Source of the DNA: Octopus bimaculoides
Lineage: Eukaryota
NCBI RefSeq assembly: GCF_001194135.2
Contig: NC_068986.1
Coordinates: forward strand, 18,093,373-18,127,519
DNA: 34,147 bases
Direction of reading: 5' to 3'
In this document: positions 1 to 10,949 of the stretch, piece by piece
Layout: each line of letters begins with the position of its first letter
Position numbering within the stretch: position 1 is the first letter of the stretch
Notes under the pieces: model-generated
What the model was told of the DNA's origin: nothing
Seen by the model: only the letters and a program-made list of their open reading frames with translations
The model's database searches: none
Translations under genes and position numbers: made by a program

Positions 1-33
<33 letters not shown>
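1..33. repeat. (TA)n microsatellite
   Basis: Pure TA run at the window start. Confidence 0.95.
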
Positions 34-35
<2 letters not shown>

Positions 36-834
36 TGTATATAAGAAATATGTTTCCAAATTCCTCTTCACTGTTTTTGCATGTGTCGTATGGATTTGCT
101 TCTTTGTAGACAAATAGCATCTTTACATGACAGAGAACCTTCCGTAAATCTATTATCTTTCTCTATTATCATAACACGATGACAATTTTTTCGTTGATTC
201 AGTTTTGTTTATAACTTGAATTTGTTCACGTATTGTTTTGCGTAATTGATTGGCAGCAAAAAAATAGCTCTTGTTGCGGATCATTCCAGTACGTTTTCAA
301 TCTCTTCGTATATCCAAGAGAGTGGTGGAGCTTTGCTCCTTTATGGCAATTGAATAAATCACTATTGAGCACGTAACACCTAGAAAAATGCATTCTATAT
401 TTACAGTTTCTTCTGCAACTAGAGACGTATGTTGTTTACCATTTGTTCTTTAACTGTGCTGTTGTTGATGTTGCAATGCCCAACTATTTTGTTCGTAGTA
501 GCTCACTGTATTGTAAAGTCAAATATCAATTAAATGTCGCTACTCTCACGAAAAAGAGGTTTCCGCAATGAATTTATCAATTGACTAACCAGATATTAAA
601 AAGGGCTGAAAGTGTTCGCTTCGAAGTCGGATACAGTATCTATCGTATTCTTTATCGATAGCCAAACATGCAACTTCCATGGATGTACGTGTGTCTATTC
701 AAATAGGTGGATAGATAAAAGCAAAAAACATATAGATACATATATACAGCAATACAGACAGTGTGATACAGAGGTAGGGGAAGACGAGGAGATTAATATA
801 CACCACCGAAGGTTAATTTTTATACATATTTAAG

Positions 835-997
835 TATAAATATATTAAATATATTTACTATAAATATATTAAATATATTTACTATAAATATATTAAATAT
901 ATTTACTATAAATATATTAAATATTTTTACTATAAATATATTAAATATATTTACTATAAATATATTAAATATATTTACTATAAATATATTAAATATA
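835..997. repeat. 24-bp AT-rich minisatellite, ~6.8 copies
   Basis: Unit TATAAATATATTAAATATATTTAC starts at 835, 859, 883, 907 (one A>T change), 931 and 955, with a partial copy at 979. Confidence 0.95.
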
Positions 998-1904
998 CGT
1001 ATTGCTTAGTTCGCCGTATATAAATACATAAAAGTACGTGTGTGCATGTTTACTTATATGTGTGTGAGTGTGTGTACGCGCATTTATGTGTACAAATATG
1101 AGCACCGCTTCATTTACGCATTGTTTTCACGCAATGCATTACACATAAGATAAAACTTTATATTAGATATATATTTATTTAAAACCGTCACTACTAATTC
1201 ATGACACACTCACATATACACATATATACAAACACAAACAAGCGGCACTAGTTATATACATGCATATGTATTTTATTTATAGAGGTGTGCGTGCGTGCCT
1301 GCGTTGCGTTTGGGTACATGTGCGCAAGGGTGTGTATCAATAAATGAGAAGGTAATGGTTTTTGTATAAAAGTTCTACTTTTGTTTTTCCCAGTCCTACT
1401 GACATATAGAAAACGTATTTACATTATTACCTCTGTGTTAAGCTGTTTCAAATCCTTCGTTATAATTTTTTTTAGCATCTACATGGTTCAGCTTATTTCG
1501 CTTACAATTCTAAGCATTTGACATTTAAAATTCTGTTCAATGTTTTCTTAATAATCGTGATTTGCAAACGATTGAAGTGTTATTTGTTTAAAGCACATCA
1601 ATAAAAGTTGTCATCATTAGATCTCAAAACAGTAGTTTATGCACCACGGGCACATCTACAAATTGTTTCCTTGTCTGCATTGAATTAGTAAGAAGAATGT
1701 TATTATTTACAATAATATGCTTTATAATGGACATTTGTGTACTGAAATATCAACAGAAGACGAACGAACCTTCTGTGTTCCATTTGGTTATTATATAAAA
1801 TATTGCCTTGCATAATATTTAGAGAAACTGATAAAACTACATTTTACCCCTCCACATACACACGCAATATATCATATATATTATATTATTTTATTCCTAT
1901 ATTT

Positions 1905-1978
1905 TTTGTTTACTTGTTTCAATCATTAGACTGCGGTCTTCAGTCGAACAAATCGACCCAAGTACTTATTCTATCGAG
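1905..1978 (+). mobile_element. Short 5' fragment of the interspersed repeat also at 4558 and 14001
   Basis: tacttgtttcaatcattagactgcgg...agtcgaacaaatcgaccc...tacttattctatcg aligns by eye with 14001-14130 and 4558-4660. Confidence 0.6.
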
Positions 1979-2212
1979 CTACATTGCCGAAGCGCGAAGT
2001 CAGTGAAACTGGATCCACTTGGTTGGGAGTATTTTCCCATTATATCTCAATTTCTTCTCAAATATGTAATGAAACACTTAACACTGGAATCATAAACTAC
2101 TTTACTCTTTTACTAACATCTACTGTAGCAACATGTGTGAAGACTGTTTGATATTTGTATCAGCAATTCTATAATATCTACATTTCAAATTGCTGTATGT
2201 ATATATAGATAT

Positions 2213-2263
2213 ATGTGTGTGTGTATGTGTGTGTGTGTGTGTGTGCGTGTGTGTGTGTGTGTA

Positions 2264-2308
<45 letters not shown>

Positions 2309-2328
2309 GGATAGATAGATAGATAGAT
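2213..2328. repeat. (TG)n followed by (GATA)n microsatellite
   Basis: Direct reading. Confidence 0.95.
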
Positions 2329-2762
2329 TATATCAGCATTCTCATCTATTTCGATTACCGCTATCCATTCACCATGTGCATATTTTAATATCCGCATTAA
2401 TTTTAACACGGACATACAACCTCGGAAGTACATTTATGCATTTATATATTTATATATTGTTTAATATTATATAATGTATATGTGAGTGCACCTATGTATG
2501 CTGTGGAGTATTCCGATGATTTGAAATATATAGAGTGAATATGAACTCTGACCTTTGATATTTGTACCCTCTTTCTTGTATTTATATACCTGATGCTCTA
2601 TTAGAGTGCTAATTAGTTGTGTTGATAATTATTCCATTTATTTGTTTATCATATATATATATATATATTTAAATATATATTTGTGTGTGCTTGTGCCTAT
2701 AAATAAATATGTATATATGTATCTAAGTATGTATATATATATATATATATATNNNNNNNNNN

Positions 2763-3321
2763 CGCCAAGCCAACATGGCAGTCCCAAAATTAGGACGAAA
2801 GCTGCCGTGAATTAGCTCCAAGAAGCCATCGCCTCTAGCTAGCTATGTGACACACGAAACCTGTGTCATTTATAACCTTTGAACAAGGGAGGTCAGCAGT
2901 GTCCCACTGCTGGTTTGGCATCTGCAGACTAGTTTCAGGGTGTTGCCCCTTGTCAATGCAGAGCAGCCAAGCTGTAGCCAGGAAATTAATAGTTATCGCC
3001 AAGCCAACATGGCAGTACCGCTGCCGTAGTTGCCTTTAGAGAGACTTAGAAATATTAATAACTCTATTTCTGAAAACCAGTGGATAGATTCCACTGAAAT
3101 TAGATAAATAACCTTCGAACAGATAGTCGGCAGCGCCGCCTGACTAGGGCTTGGCTGCTCTGCATTGACAAGGGGCAACACCCTGAAACTAGTCTGCAGA
3201 TGCCAAACCAGCAGGGGGACACTGCTGACCTCCCTTGTTCGAAGGTTATAAAGGACGCAGGTTTCGTGTGTTACATAGCTAGCTAGAGGCGATGGCTTCT
3301 TGGAGCTAATTCACGGCAGCT
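2763..3321. repeat. Structured repeat island: 173-bp inverted repeat plus a 234-nt tandem restart
   Basis: 2800-2972 is the reverse complement of 3149-3321 with 5 mismatches by eye. CGCCAAGCCAACATGGCAGT occurs at 2763 and at 2997. The island is bounded by N-gaps on both sides. Confidence 0.9.
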
Positions 3322-3852
3322 NNNNNNNNNNNNNNNNNNNNNNNNNNNNNNNNNNNNNNNNNNNNNNNNNNNNNNNNNNNNNNNNNNNNNNNNNNNNNNN
3401 NNNNNNNNNNNNNNNNNNNNNNNNNNNNNNNNNNNNNNNNNNNNNNNNNNNNNNNNNNNNNNNNNNNNNNNNNNNNNNNNNNNNNNNNNNNNNNNNNNNN
3501 NNNNNNNNNNNNNNNNNNNNNNNNNNNNNNNNNNNNNNNNNNNNNNNNNNNNNNNNNNNNNNNNNNNNNNNNNNNNNNNNNNNNNNNNNNNNNNNNNNNN
3601 NNNNNNNNNNNNNNNNNNNNNNNNNNNNNNNNNNNNNNNNNNNNNNNNNNNNNNNNNNNNNNNNNNNNNNNNNNNNNNNNNNNNNNNNNNNNNNNNNNNN
3701 NNNNNNNNNNNNNNNNNNNNNNNNNNNNNNNNNNNNNNNNNNNNNNNNNNNNNNNNNNNNNNNNNNNNNNNNNNNNNNNNNNNNNNNNNNNNNNNNNNNN
3801 NNNNNNNNNNNNNNNNNNNNNNNNNNNNNNNNNNNNNNNNNNNNNNNNNNNN

Positions 3853-3884
<32 letters not shown>

Positions 3885-4557
3885 CAATTAAACCTTGGGA
3901 GAGGCATTATGCCGGTAATAAACACACGCACTGGTTCAGTCTTTTATTAATTTATATAGTTTTTTGTTAAATTATTTCATTGCACTCTTGCAATCTCTTC
4001 AGTAACTTGTCTCTCCACTTTTATTTATTGTGAATTTATGATCTGGCGTTGTTTTGACGTTGTAACGAAATTGTTTGGTATGAGCATGTGAGTGTGTGCA
4101 AGCTCGTATGTGTGCACGCTCATATGTGTGCACGCACTTATGTGTTCGTGCTTATATGTAAGTATGTGCGTCCATATGTGTGGTTGTAACAATTTCGTTT
4201 ATATCAGATCAGCATAATGCATCTCCCAAGGTTTAATTGTATTTCTTTCAACACACGTATCCACATCAAGAATCTGGCACCCGAAATACACATACGAAAT
4301 ATATGTATGTATATATATATATATATTCATAAACATGTAGTGTACATTTAAGCACATGAGAGATGGCCATAATATGACATCTAACTCGCTAGAATGACGA
4401 GTTAAAATCCAAACCACAATTAGGTATAATTTCGAAAGGGAATGAAAAATAAAACATCTACTATCCTGTATGATGGTTTCAAGCTATCTTCAGCAAATAA
4501 AATAATCTGCTAGGCGCAGCTATCTTCAGCAGGAAAGCCAAGATTAACATATAAATA

Positions 4558-4737
4558 TATATTCTCTTACTTGTTCAGGCAGCGCTGGAGTACCGACTTA
4601 TTAGTCGAAGACATGGACCCCAGTAATTATTCTTTGTACGCCTAGTAATTTTTTTTCTATCAGTCTGTGTTGGTTAACACCAGGTTACATGGACGTTAGT
4701 AAACCAACATAGGTAGGGGACAGACATCGACACAAAG

Positions 4738-4799
<62 letters not shown>

Positions 4800-5196
4800 T
4801 AAATATATACTTTTATAAAACAAATTTTACAAAATATATAGTATCTGTTAACAGTCTTAGCCAAAAACTCACAGTTGAGTTTTTGTATATATATATGTAT
4901 ACATGTCTCTTAAAGGATAGAGCTCAAAATCAATGCATTGAAGATACTTTATTGCAGCAACAATTATAATAATAACAGAAACAACCACAATAAGCCAAAC
5001 CTATGCACATTTCAATAGGGTATCCCGGAAAAATAAACNNNNNNNNNNNNNNNNNNNNNNNNNNNNNNNNNNNNNNNNNNNNNNNNNNNNNNNNNNNNNN
5101 NNNNNNNNNNNNNNNNNNNNNNNNNNNNNNNNNNNNNNNNNNNNNNNNNNNNNNNNNNNNNNNNNNNNNNNNNNNNNNNNNNNNNNNNNNNNNNNN

Positions 5197-5230
<34 letters not shown>

Positions 5231-5308
5231 GACGGAATTCCTTTAGTATCTGTCGACCAAATCCACTGACAAGGCTTTGGTCGTCCTCAGGCTATAGTTG
5301 GAGACATG
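4558..5308 (+). mobile_element. Interspersed SINE-like repeat with an internal CA/TA microsatellite, interrupted by extra sequence and a gap
   Basis: The left half (4558-4740) is similar to 14001-14222. The right half (5225-5308; gacgg...ccaaatccactgacaaggctttggtcg...ggctatagt) resembles the 3' half of an abundant octopus repeat, recalled rather than searched. Confidence 0.6.
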
Positions 5309-6761
5309 TATCTGGGTGTATTTTTCGTAATATCTCCCTTTTTTTCCTAGATATATAATCAAAAACATAACACTGTCATAATAACCTACTTTACTATTTT
5401 ATAAGCAATCACTATAGCATCATTTAAAAGGTCCGTTTGATATCTGTGTTAGCATTAATATAATTTCCTAATGTCAAATTCTTGTATATATGTTACAATT
5501 TATTTTAATATATTTTCAATTTTTCTATCCATAAATTTTGTTTCATATATATCAAGAAAAACTCATATATGCATTAACATTTTAAGTCAGTTATGTCTGA
5601 AAATAAAACAAAAAGTAGGCCTGGGTGGAATGCAGAATCTAAGAACACCTATTTAGTATTAAAAAAGTACTACTAAAACGTAAATTGAATCATTGATTTG
5701 TTTTATTAACCCACAGTCTCAAATTCATATACGAGGATAAAGTGTTGACACAGAAAAACTCCATGAAGTTAGTATTGTTCACTTGATAGAGATTGGTTTG
5801 TGGGTTGACATTGTTAAATGCTGGATTACGTAAAATGTATGAATGAAAAACTGGCAATAAGTTATTAATTGCAAATAATTTTTCAATTCATTTATTTTTT
5901 AAATATGTTGATGATTTGTGTTTCTTGCTAAAATGTACTGAGGAAAAATGAGTAGAAATGATCAGCTTGTTAACAATTGACTCATGGTTATTTTATTGGC
6001 AATATTGTAGCACGGAGATTCTGCAGTTGGGGATGAATACTTACGATTTATTGTATTCGCTGTCGGACGTACTGCTAGAAATAACAGTCGAATACTCTCA
6101 AATCAAAAAATTTCGTATAGAAAATGTAAAGAATATAGTGTAGGAATTGATATGTTCGAATACATATGTGTATAAATGAGAAATACAGGGTTTCAATACT
6201 GTTAAACCAGTGTCCACTGGAGTATATAAGAGTGTGGTAGATAAATATGTACACAAAATGTTAAGCGATATTTATCTTCATTGAGTATCATTGGACGTAA
6301 GAAAATAATGGAAATTATTCAATATGTCGTATATCACTAATTCCAGCTATATGTATGGCAATGTGATATCTCCCTTTCTATACTCGTTCCTAAGACAATA
6401 GTTTGATAGTGTAGCACTAATGCAGTTAAAAGGGTTTTACGTAAGCTTCGTAACGGAAAATAATTGACAAGTAGATAGACATGTGCAAATGATCAGTTAT
6501 AAAAGAATTATATAGCTTAGATGCAAATGCATTGATGACAAATGTAGAAGAAATGTATAAAACAGACATGTAACTACATGGAAAACGATTGAAATATACA
6601 ATCAAGCGAAGTGTTAGCAAATATGCAATGAAAATTATATTACTGAAAATTCACGATTTGTATATCCATATACATGGATATCTATGTGTTTATATAGTCT
6701 TGCCCGTATAAACGCAGACACATGTACATAGATCTAGGCTTATATATATATATATATATAT

Positions 6762-6904
6762 GATTTGTGTTCCTTTCTGTGGGAGAGCGAAAGCTCGAAG
6801 CGTTACAGACTTTTTCACTTCCCGAGCGTTAAACTAATACATCCGTTTGTTGCTTACACTACGGGTCTTCGTCTTTTTTTTTGCTTTGTGAATTCTCACA
6901 ATAT
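6762..6904 (+). mobile_element. Short ORF-less repeat carrying a decayed hammerhead-like motif; sister of 12175-12345
   Basis: Collinear with the reverse complement of 12175-12345 (tcacttccc.agcgtt.aactaatacatc...gtcttcgtctttt). Reads CTGTGGGA-GAGC-GAAA-GCTC-GAAG-CG-TTA at 6777-6805. Runs into a gap. Confidence 0.75.
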
Positions 6905-7330
6905 NNNNNNNNNNNNNNNNNNNNNNNNNNNNNNNNNNNNNNNNNNNNNNNNNNNNNNNNNNNNNNNNNNNNNNNNNNNNNNNNNNNNNNNNNNNNNNNN
7001 NNNNNNNNNNNNNNNNNNNNNNNNNNNNNNNNNNNNNNNNNNNNNNNNNNNNNNNNNNNNNNNNNNNNNNNNNNNNNNNNNNNNNNNNNNNNNNNNNNNN
7101 NNNNNNNNNNNNNNNNNNNNNNNNNNNNNNNNNNNNNNNNNNNNNNNNNNNNNNNNNNNNNNNNNNNNNNNNNNNNNNNNNNNNNNNNNNNNNNNNNNNN
7201 NNNNNNNNNNNNNNNNNNNNNNNNNNNNNNNNNNNNNNNNNCGGAAAAAAAATAGAAAGAATGAAAAACAAAAATAAAAGAGAAAAAGATGCGTAGCGAT
7301 TAATGATTGAACATGATGAAAGCTACATAA

Positions 7331-7373
7331 ATAGATAGATAGATAGATAGCTAGATAGATAGATAGATAAATC

Positions 7374-7425
<52 letters not shown>

Positions 7426-7432
7426 TATAGAT
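7331..7432. repeat. (GATA)n microsatellite
   Basis: Direct reading. Confidence 0.95.
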
Positions 7433-7844
7433 ATTCATGTAACGATGTGAGCGCAGATGATTATATACAAATGTGAGTGCGTGCACTCAAGTGTGTGCGT
7501 GTGTGCATGCGTGTGTTTGTATGTCTCCGTGTTCATAACAATGTTTAAGTAAGCAACGGTTATTTATTTAGACATGCAAGCAATATCTCTGGCTCACAGA
7601 GTTCTTCCGATTCAACCGGAAACATTTAAGCTTTTCTCTGATAACTTATATGATACAGACCTATATAGATCCAATGGCGGCAATGTCAAGGAGCGCCTAA
7701 ATACTTCCAAGGACACATGTCATGTCTTTCCGATTGCAGCAAACAGAAGCACTTAGTGTGTTTACTATGACATATTCAACTTGAGTACATGATGCATTAG
7801 AGAAAAGGCATATACCAAACAGATGTTTAATAAAATCAATTCAT

Positions 7845-7934
7845 ATATATGTGTGTGTATGCACGCGCGTGTGCGTTCGTTTGCGCACGATATTATATAG
7901 CCAGCATATGTATATATAAAGGCATTTATGTACG

Positions 7935-7994
<60 letters not shown>

Positions 7995-8105
7995 CATGTA
8001 TACACACACACAAACGTTTATATATATACATATATATATATACATATATATGTGTGTATATGCATTCGTATATTTATATATATGTATTGTATATATATAT
8101 AATAC

Positions 8106-8136
<31 letters not shown>
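7845..8136. repeat. Compound (TA)n/(CA)n/(TG)n low-complexity tract
   Basis: Direct reading; explains the YI-rich ORFs. Confidence 0.9.
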
Positions 8137-8370
8137 ATAGATGGCGGTGGAGATAGCGCAGAAGTAAATCCAAGCCATGAAATTAGAAAGAATTTAATGA
8201 AATTATTTAATAATTATAATAACAAAAAATAGAATATCAATAATTTTTGTATATAGGTCAAGGTGTTAGAAAGAAAGAATTGAAGCGCAGTTGCTGAGTG
8301 TCTAAAAATCCCTCTGGTTTACTGCCAGAGGAGCTTAAATGTATTTATTGAATGAGTTCAATAACCACCT

Positions 8371-8383
8371 CTGTGTGTGTGTG

Positions 8384-8441
<58 letters not shown>

Positions 8442-8458
8442 TGTGTGTGTGTGTGTGT
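8371..8458. repeat. (TG)n microsatellite
   Basis: Direct reading. Confidence 0.95.
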
Positions 8459-9104
8459 CTGTGTTTGTTTGTGTCTGTGTATGCATTGAGTTGTATGTCT
8501 TTTCAGTGTTTGGAATGTGACTAGTGTGTTGATGGGTGTGTATGTTATTTGCATATGAAAAAAATTAGAAAAAATCTTAGAAAATCAACAGTTCATCAAA
8601 GCAGATGGCAACTGAAAACATTGTGACTCATTCTCACCGGAGCAAAAACGCACAAAGAAAGCCCCGTCCCAACTGTCACAAAATTCAGGAAAACACACTG
8701 CGACATATGCACTGATGTCTGGACATATTGTAATATGTCTGCTTTACTCTCCATATATCTGTTACCCACAGAAAAGCAAGTAAACTATCGTTCACAGTGC
8801 AATAGGTAATATGCTTACAACGAAATCTATATATATTTGCCCTCCATTCTATGAACTGTGTGTTGTTTAGTCACCTGTATGGGCAAGGGAAACACATCTA
8901 TAATACTAGGCTTACTTTGTATTGCAATTGAAAACATGTATTCAAATCTTTTTTTCTGTCAGACCGAGAACTGCAGGATATTAAGGCAATATATAAGATT
9001 TTTTGTCTCTGGTTCCTTTGTATTTTCAAGTAAAGCTTGATTTATTGATAAGCAGCCAACAGCGTTGTATAGCTTAAAGATTAAAGTTGTAGGCGAGAAA
9101 ATAT

Positions 9105-9876
9105 CAGCTGACATGTTGGACTGGAAGCCATCTAAATGTTGGAAAAGTGGTAAATGTATAATGATGTTTCTCTTCGGTTATCAAAATGCCAGCATCATAG
9201 CTGCTACTCAATGCTCCGTTAACCATGTGAATGCTGTTAGATCTGACAAGGACATCATTAAAAATCAAGTTCTCCGAAACTGTGATTGTCTTAATGTGTG
9301 TCCTCTCCAGTGTGGTTGATATCATGCCTCCCACATTTTTTAACAGGGCCTAGATGCATTTCAGATTGCTATGCAAAGCAGCTCGAGACTGTGGTCAAAT
9401 ACTGGCTGGCGTCGGTTGTTGCTGAAGGCTATATTTGTTGCAGCAGGATTTAGCTGCTTACCATATTCCAGGGAAGTGTTAGGAATGGTTGTCGGATAAT
9501 TTGCTTCACTTCACCAGACCCAATATCTAATCTCTTAGTATCCCTGATTTTAATTCCAAGTAATACTGCGCTTGGGCCGCAGTTGAGTGAGACGGTGTTG
9601 CTCTACCTGCAGCACTAAGTTTCAACTGGTGGATAACAAAATCAACGCGATATTCTTAGATCTTATGAAGGACACATTGAGAAATACATGCGCCATGTTC
9701 TAAAACTGTCTTGAATCCGTGGTGGAAGCTGAAGGAGGCTACATGGAGTACGTTGTTATCTTCCCACCTTAATTTAGTTTATAGTTTAAACTTGTTTTGA
9801 GTACTTTTATTTTTGGATGCCATATATTTTCTTTACCGTTTATGCAAACTGTGAAACTTAGCTCGAACACCCTGTA
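9105..9876 (+). mobile_element. Decayed, internally deleted maT/DD37D-type (Tc1/mariner superfamily) transposon
   Basis: Across stops and frameshifts it reads KIKFSETVIV..DIMPPTFF, LETVVKYWL, QQDLAAYH, PDFNSK*YCAWAAVE and LESVVEAEGGYME. There are 37 residues between the QQD aspartate and the mutated third-D position. It ends in a TIR-like GAACACCCTG followed by TA (9875-9876). Confidence 0.85.
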
Positions 9877-9974
9877 TATATAAACAGTTGCCCGAAGTGA
9901 CAATTTCAAACAGATTGTTAGGTATCACACTGGATTCCTTTTCCTTCAATTATTTAATAGCATTTCAAGGATAC

Positions 9975-10110
9975 CTTGTCACACTCTGTAACCTCCCTTA
10001 TTCCTACGTTAAGGTACACCTGTCTGTGGGGCGCTCAGCAACTTGCACTTTCCAGTGCTTGTTCTGCAGATAGGGTTAACTGGAACACTTGTAGTAACCG
10101 ACGCAATCCC
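9975..10110. mobile_element. Probable decayed SINE-like repeat fragment
   Basis: ctacgttaaggtacacctgtctgtgg..gctcagcaacttgcac...aactggaac...gtaaccgacg resembles an octopus interspersed repeat from memory only; no second copy in the window. Confidence 0.3.
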
Positions 10111-10949
10111 AGTTACAATAGCATTAAAATTCAAACGAGAATCGAACAATTATGATTTTATTATGTAATGAAATTGTTCAATAGAAAACAGTGCCTGCTG
10201 TCTTATAATGCAATCTAACGTAATCATATCTAGGATATATATATATAAGACCAACGTCTTCCTTTTCAATGAAAAGATTCAGTCAATACCATCACACTCC
10301 GCCCCTCACTTGAAGTTTCTTTAATCGACTTCAAAGAAATAAGGGCTGGTATTTTAACTAAGCGCCGGAAGACAATCTATAAAGTTTTCCCTGACATTCT
10401 AAAGCTTATACCTTAATTTCTATAACAATGTCATTTATTGCAACCATAAACTTGAGAATGCTGTAATGGTCATATTTTCAGGAGAGATGCTGGTTTTAGC
10501 TTTACTTCAATTACAATGATAGTTCATATAGAATTGCACCTGCGAAATCACAACACCTACTTCTATTATATATAATCTATTTTCTTAACTACATCATTAA
10601 ATTCTAGACATTGAGACGCTTACCTCCTACTACCCTATACCCAAGATTTGCATCTTCATAAATGAGGTATTAAATCTATCATATGGATATAGACAAAACT
10701 GGAAAAAATATCTGCTTCTGATTGCGTGTGTCTATGTGGATTGAGAAAGCCGGTAGAACATCGAAATAAATGCCATTGCGGCTTTGGTTCCATTATCTTA
10801 TAACCTGTGTTCAATCTGCAAACTAGCCAAATTCTGCTCCGATATTTGTCTGCTAGAGTTCTATTGCTTCTTATCCTTTTCTATGGGGGATATTTGTGTA
10901 GAGTCTATTCACGTCGCGAGTAACCAGCTTCGCCTCTATATTATTTGAA

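Noticed and set aside
835-997. Regular 24-bp repeats as a CRISPR array
   Set aside because: No spacers, contiguous tandem units, and a eukaryotic context.
2763-3020. HDV-like, twister or pistol ribozyme folds for the 234-nt unit
   Set aside because: Manual threading failed: no P3/L3/P1.1 with correct spacing, no twister core, and only a loose pistol-like linker without the pseudoknot.
3300-3950. Long ORFs spanning N-runs (also 5003-5269, 6765-7486, 25529-26061, 30528-31984)
   Set aside because: They are open only because N codons translate as X; these are assembly gaps, not genes.
5717-6126. Two possible plus-strand exons (LKFIYEDKVLTQKNSM; TEILQLGMNTYDLLYSLSD...)
   Set aside because: Phase-compatible, but the splice signals are mediocre and there is no recognisable homology; within chance expectation.
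8311-8331. Perfect 7-bp hairpin CCTCTGG-TTTACTG-CCAGAGG
   Set aside because: Isolated, expected by chance in 34 kb, and a bacterial-style terminator has no meaning here.
7765-8554. YI/HT/CV-repeat ORFs (also 2185-2433, 13757-14195, 21817-22026, 33338-33666)
   Set aside because: Translations of dinucleotide microsatellites.
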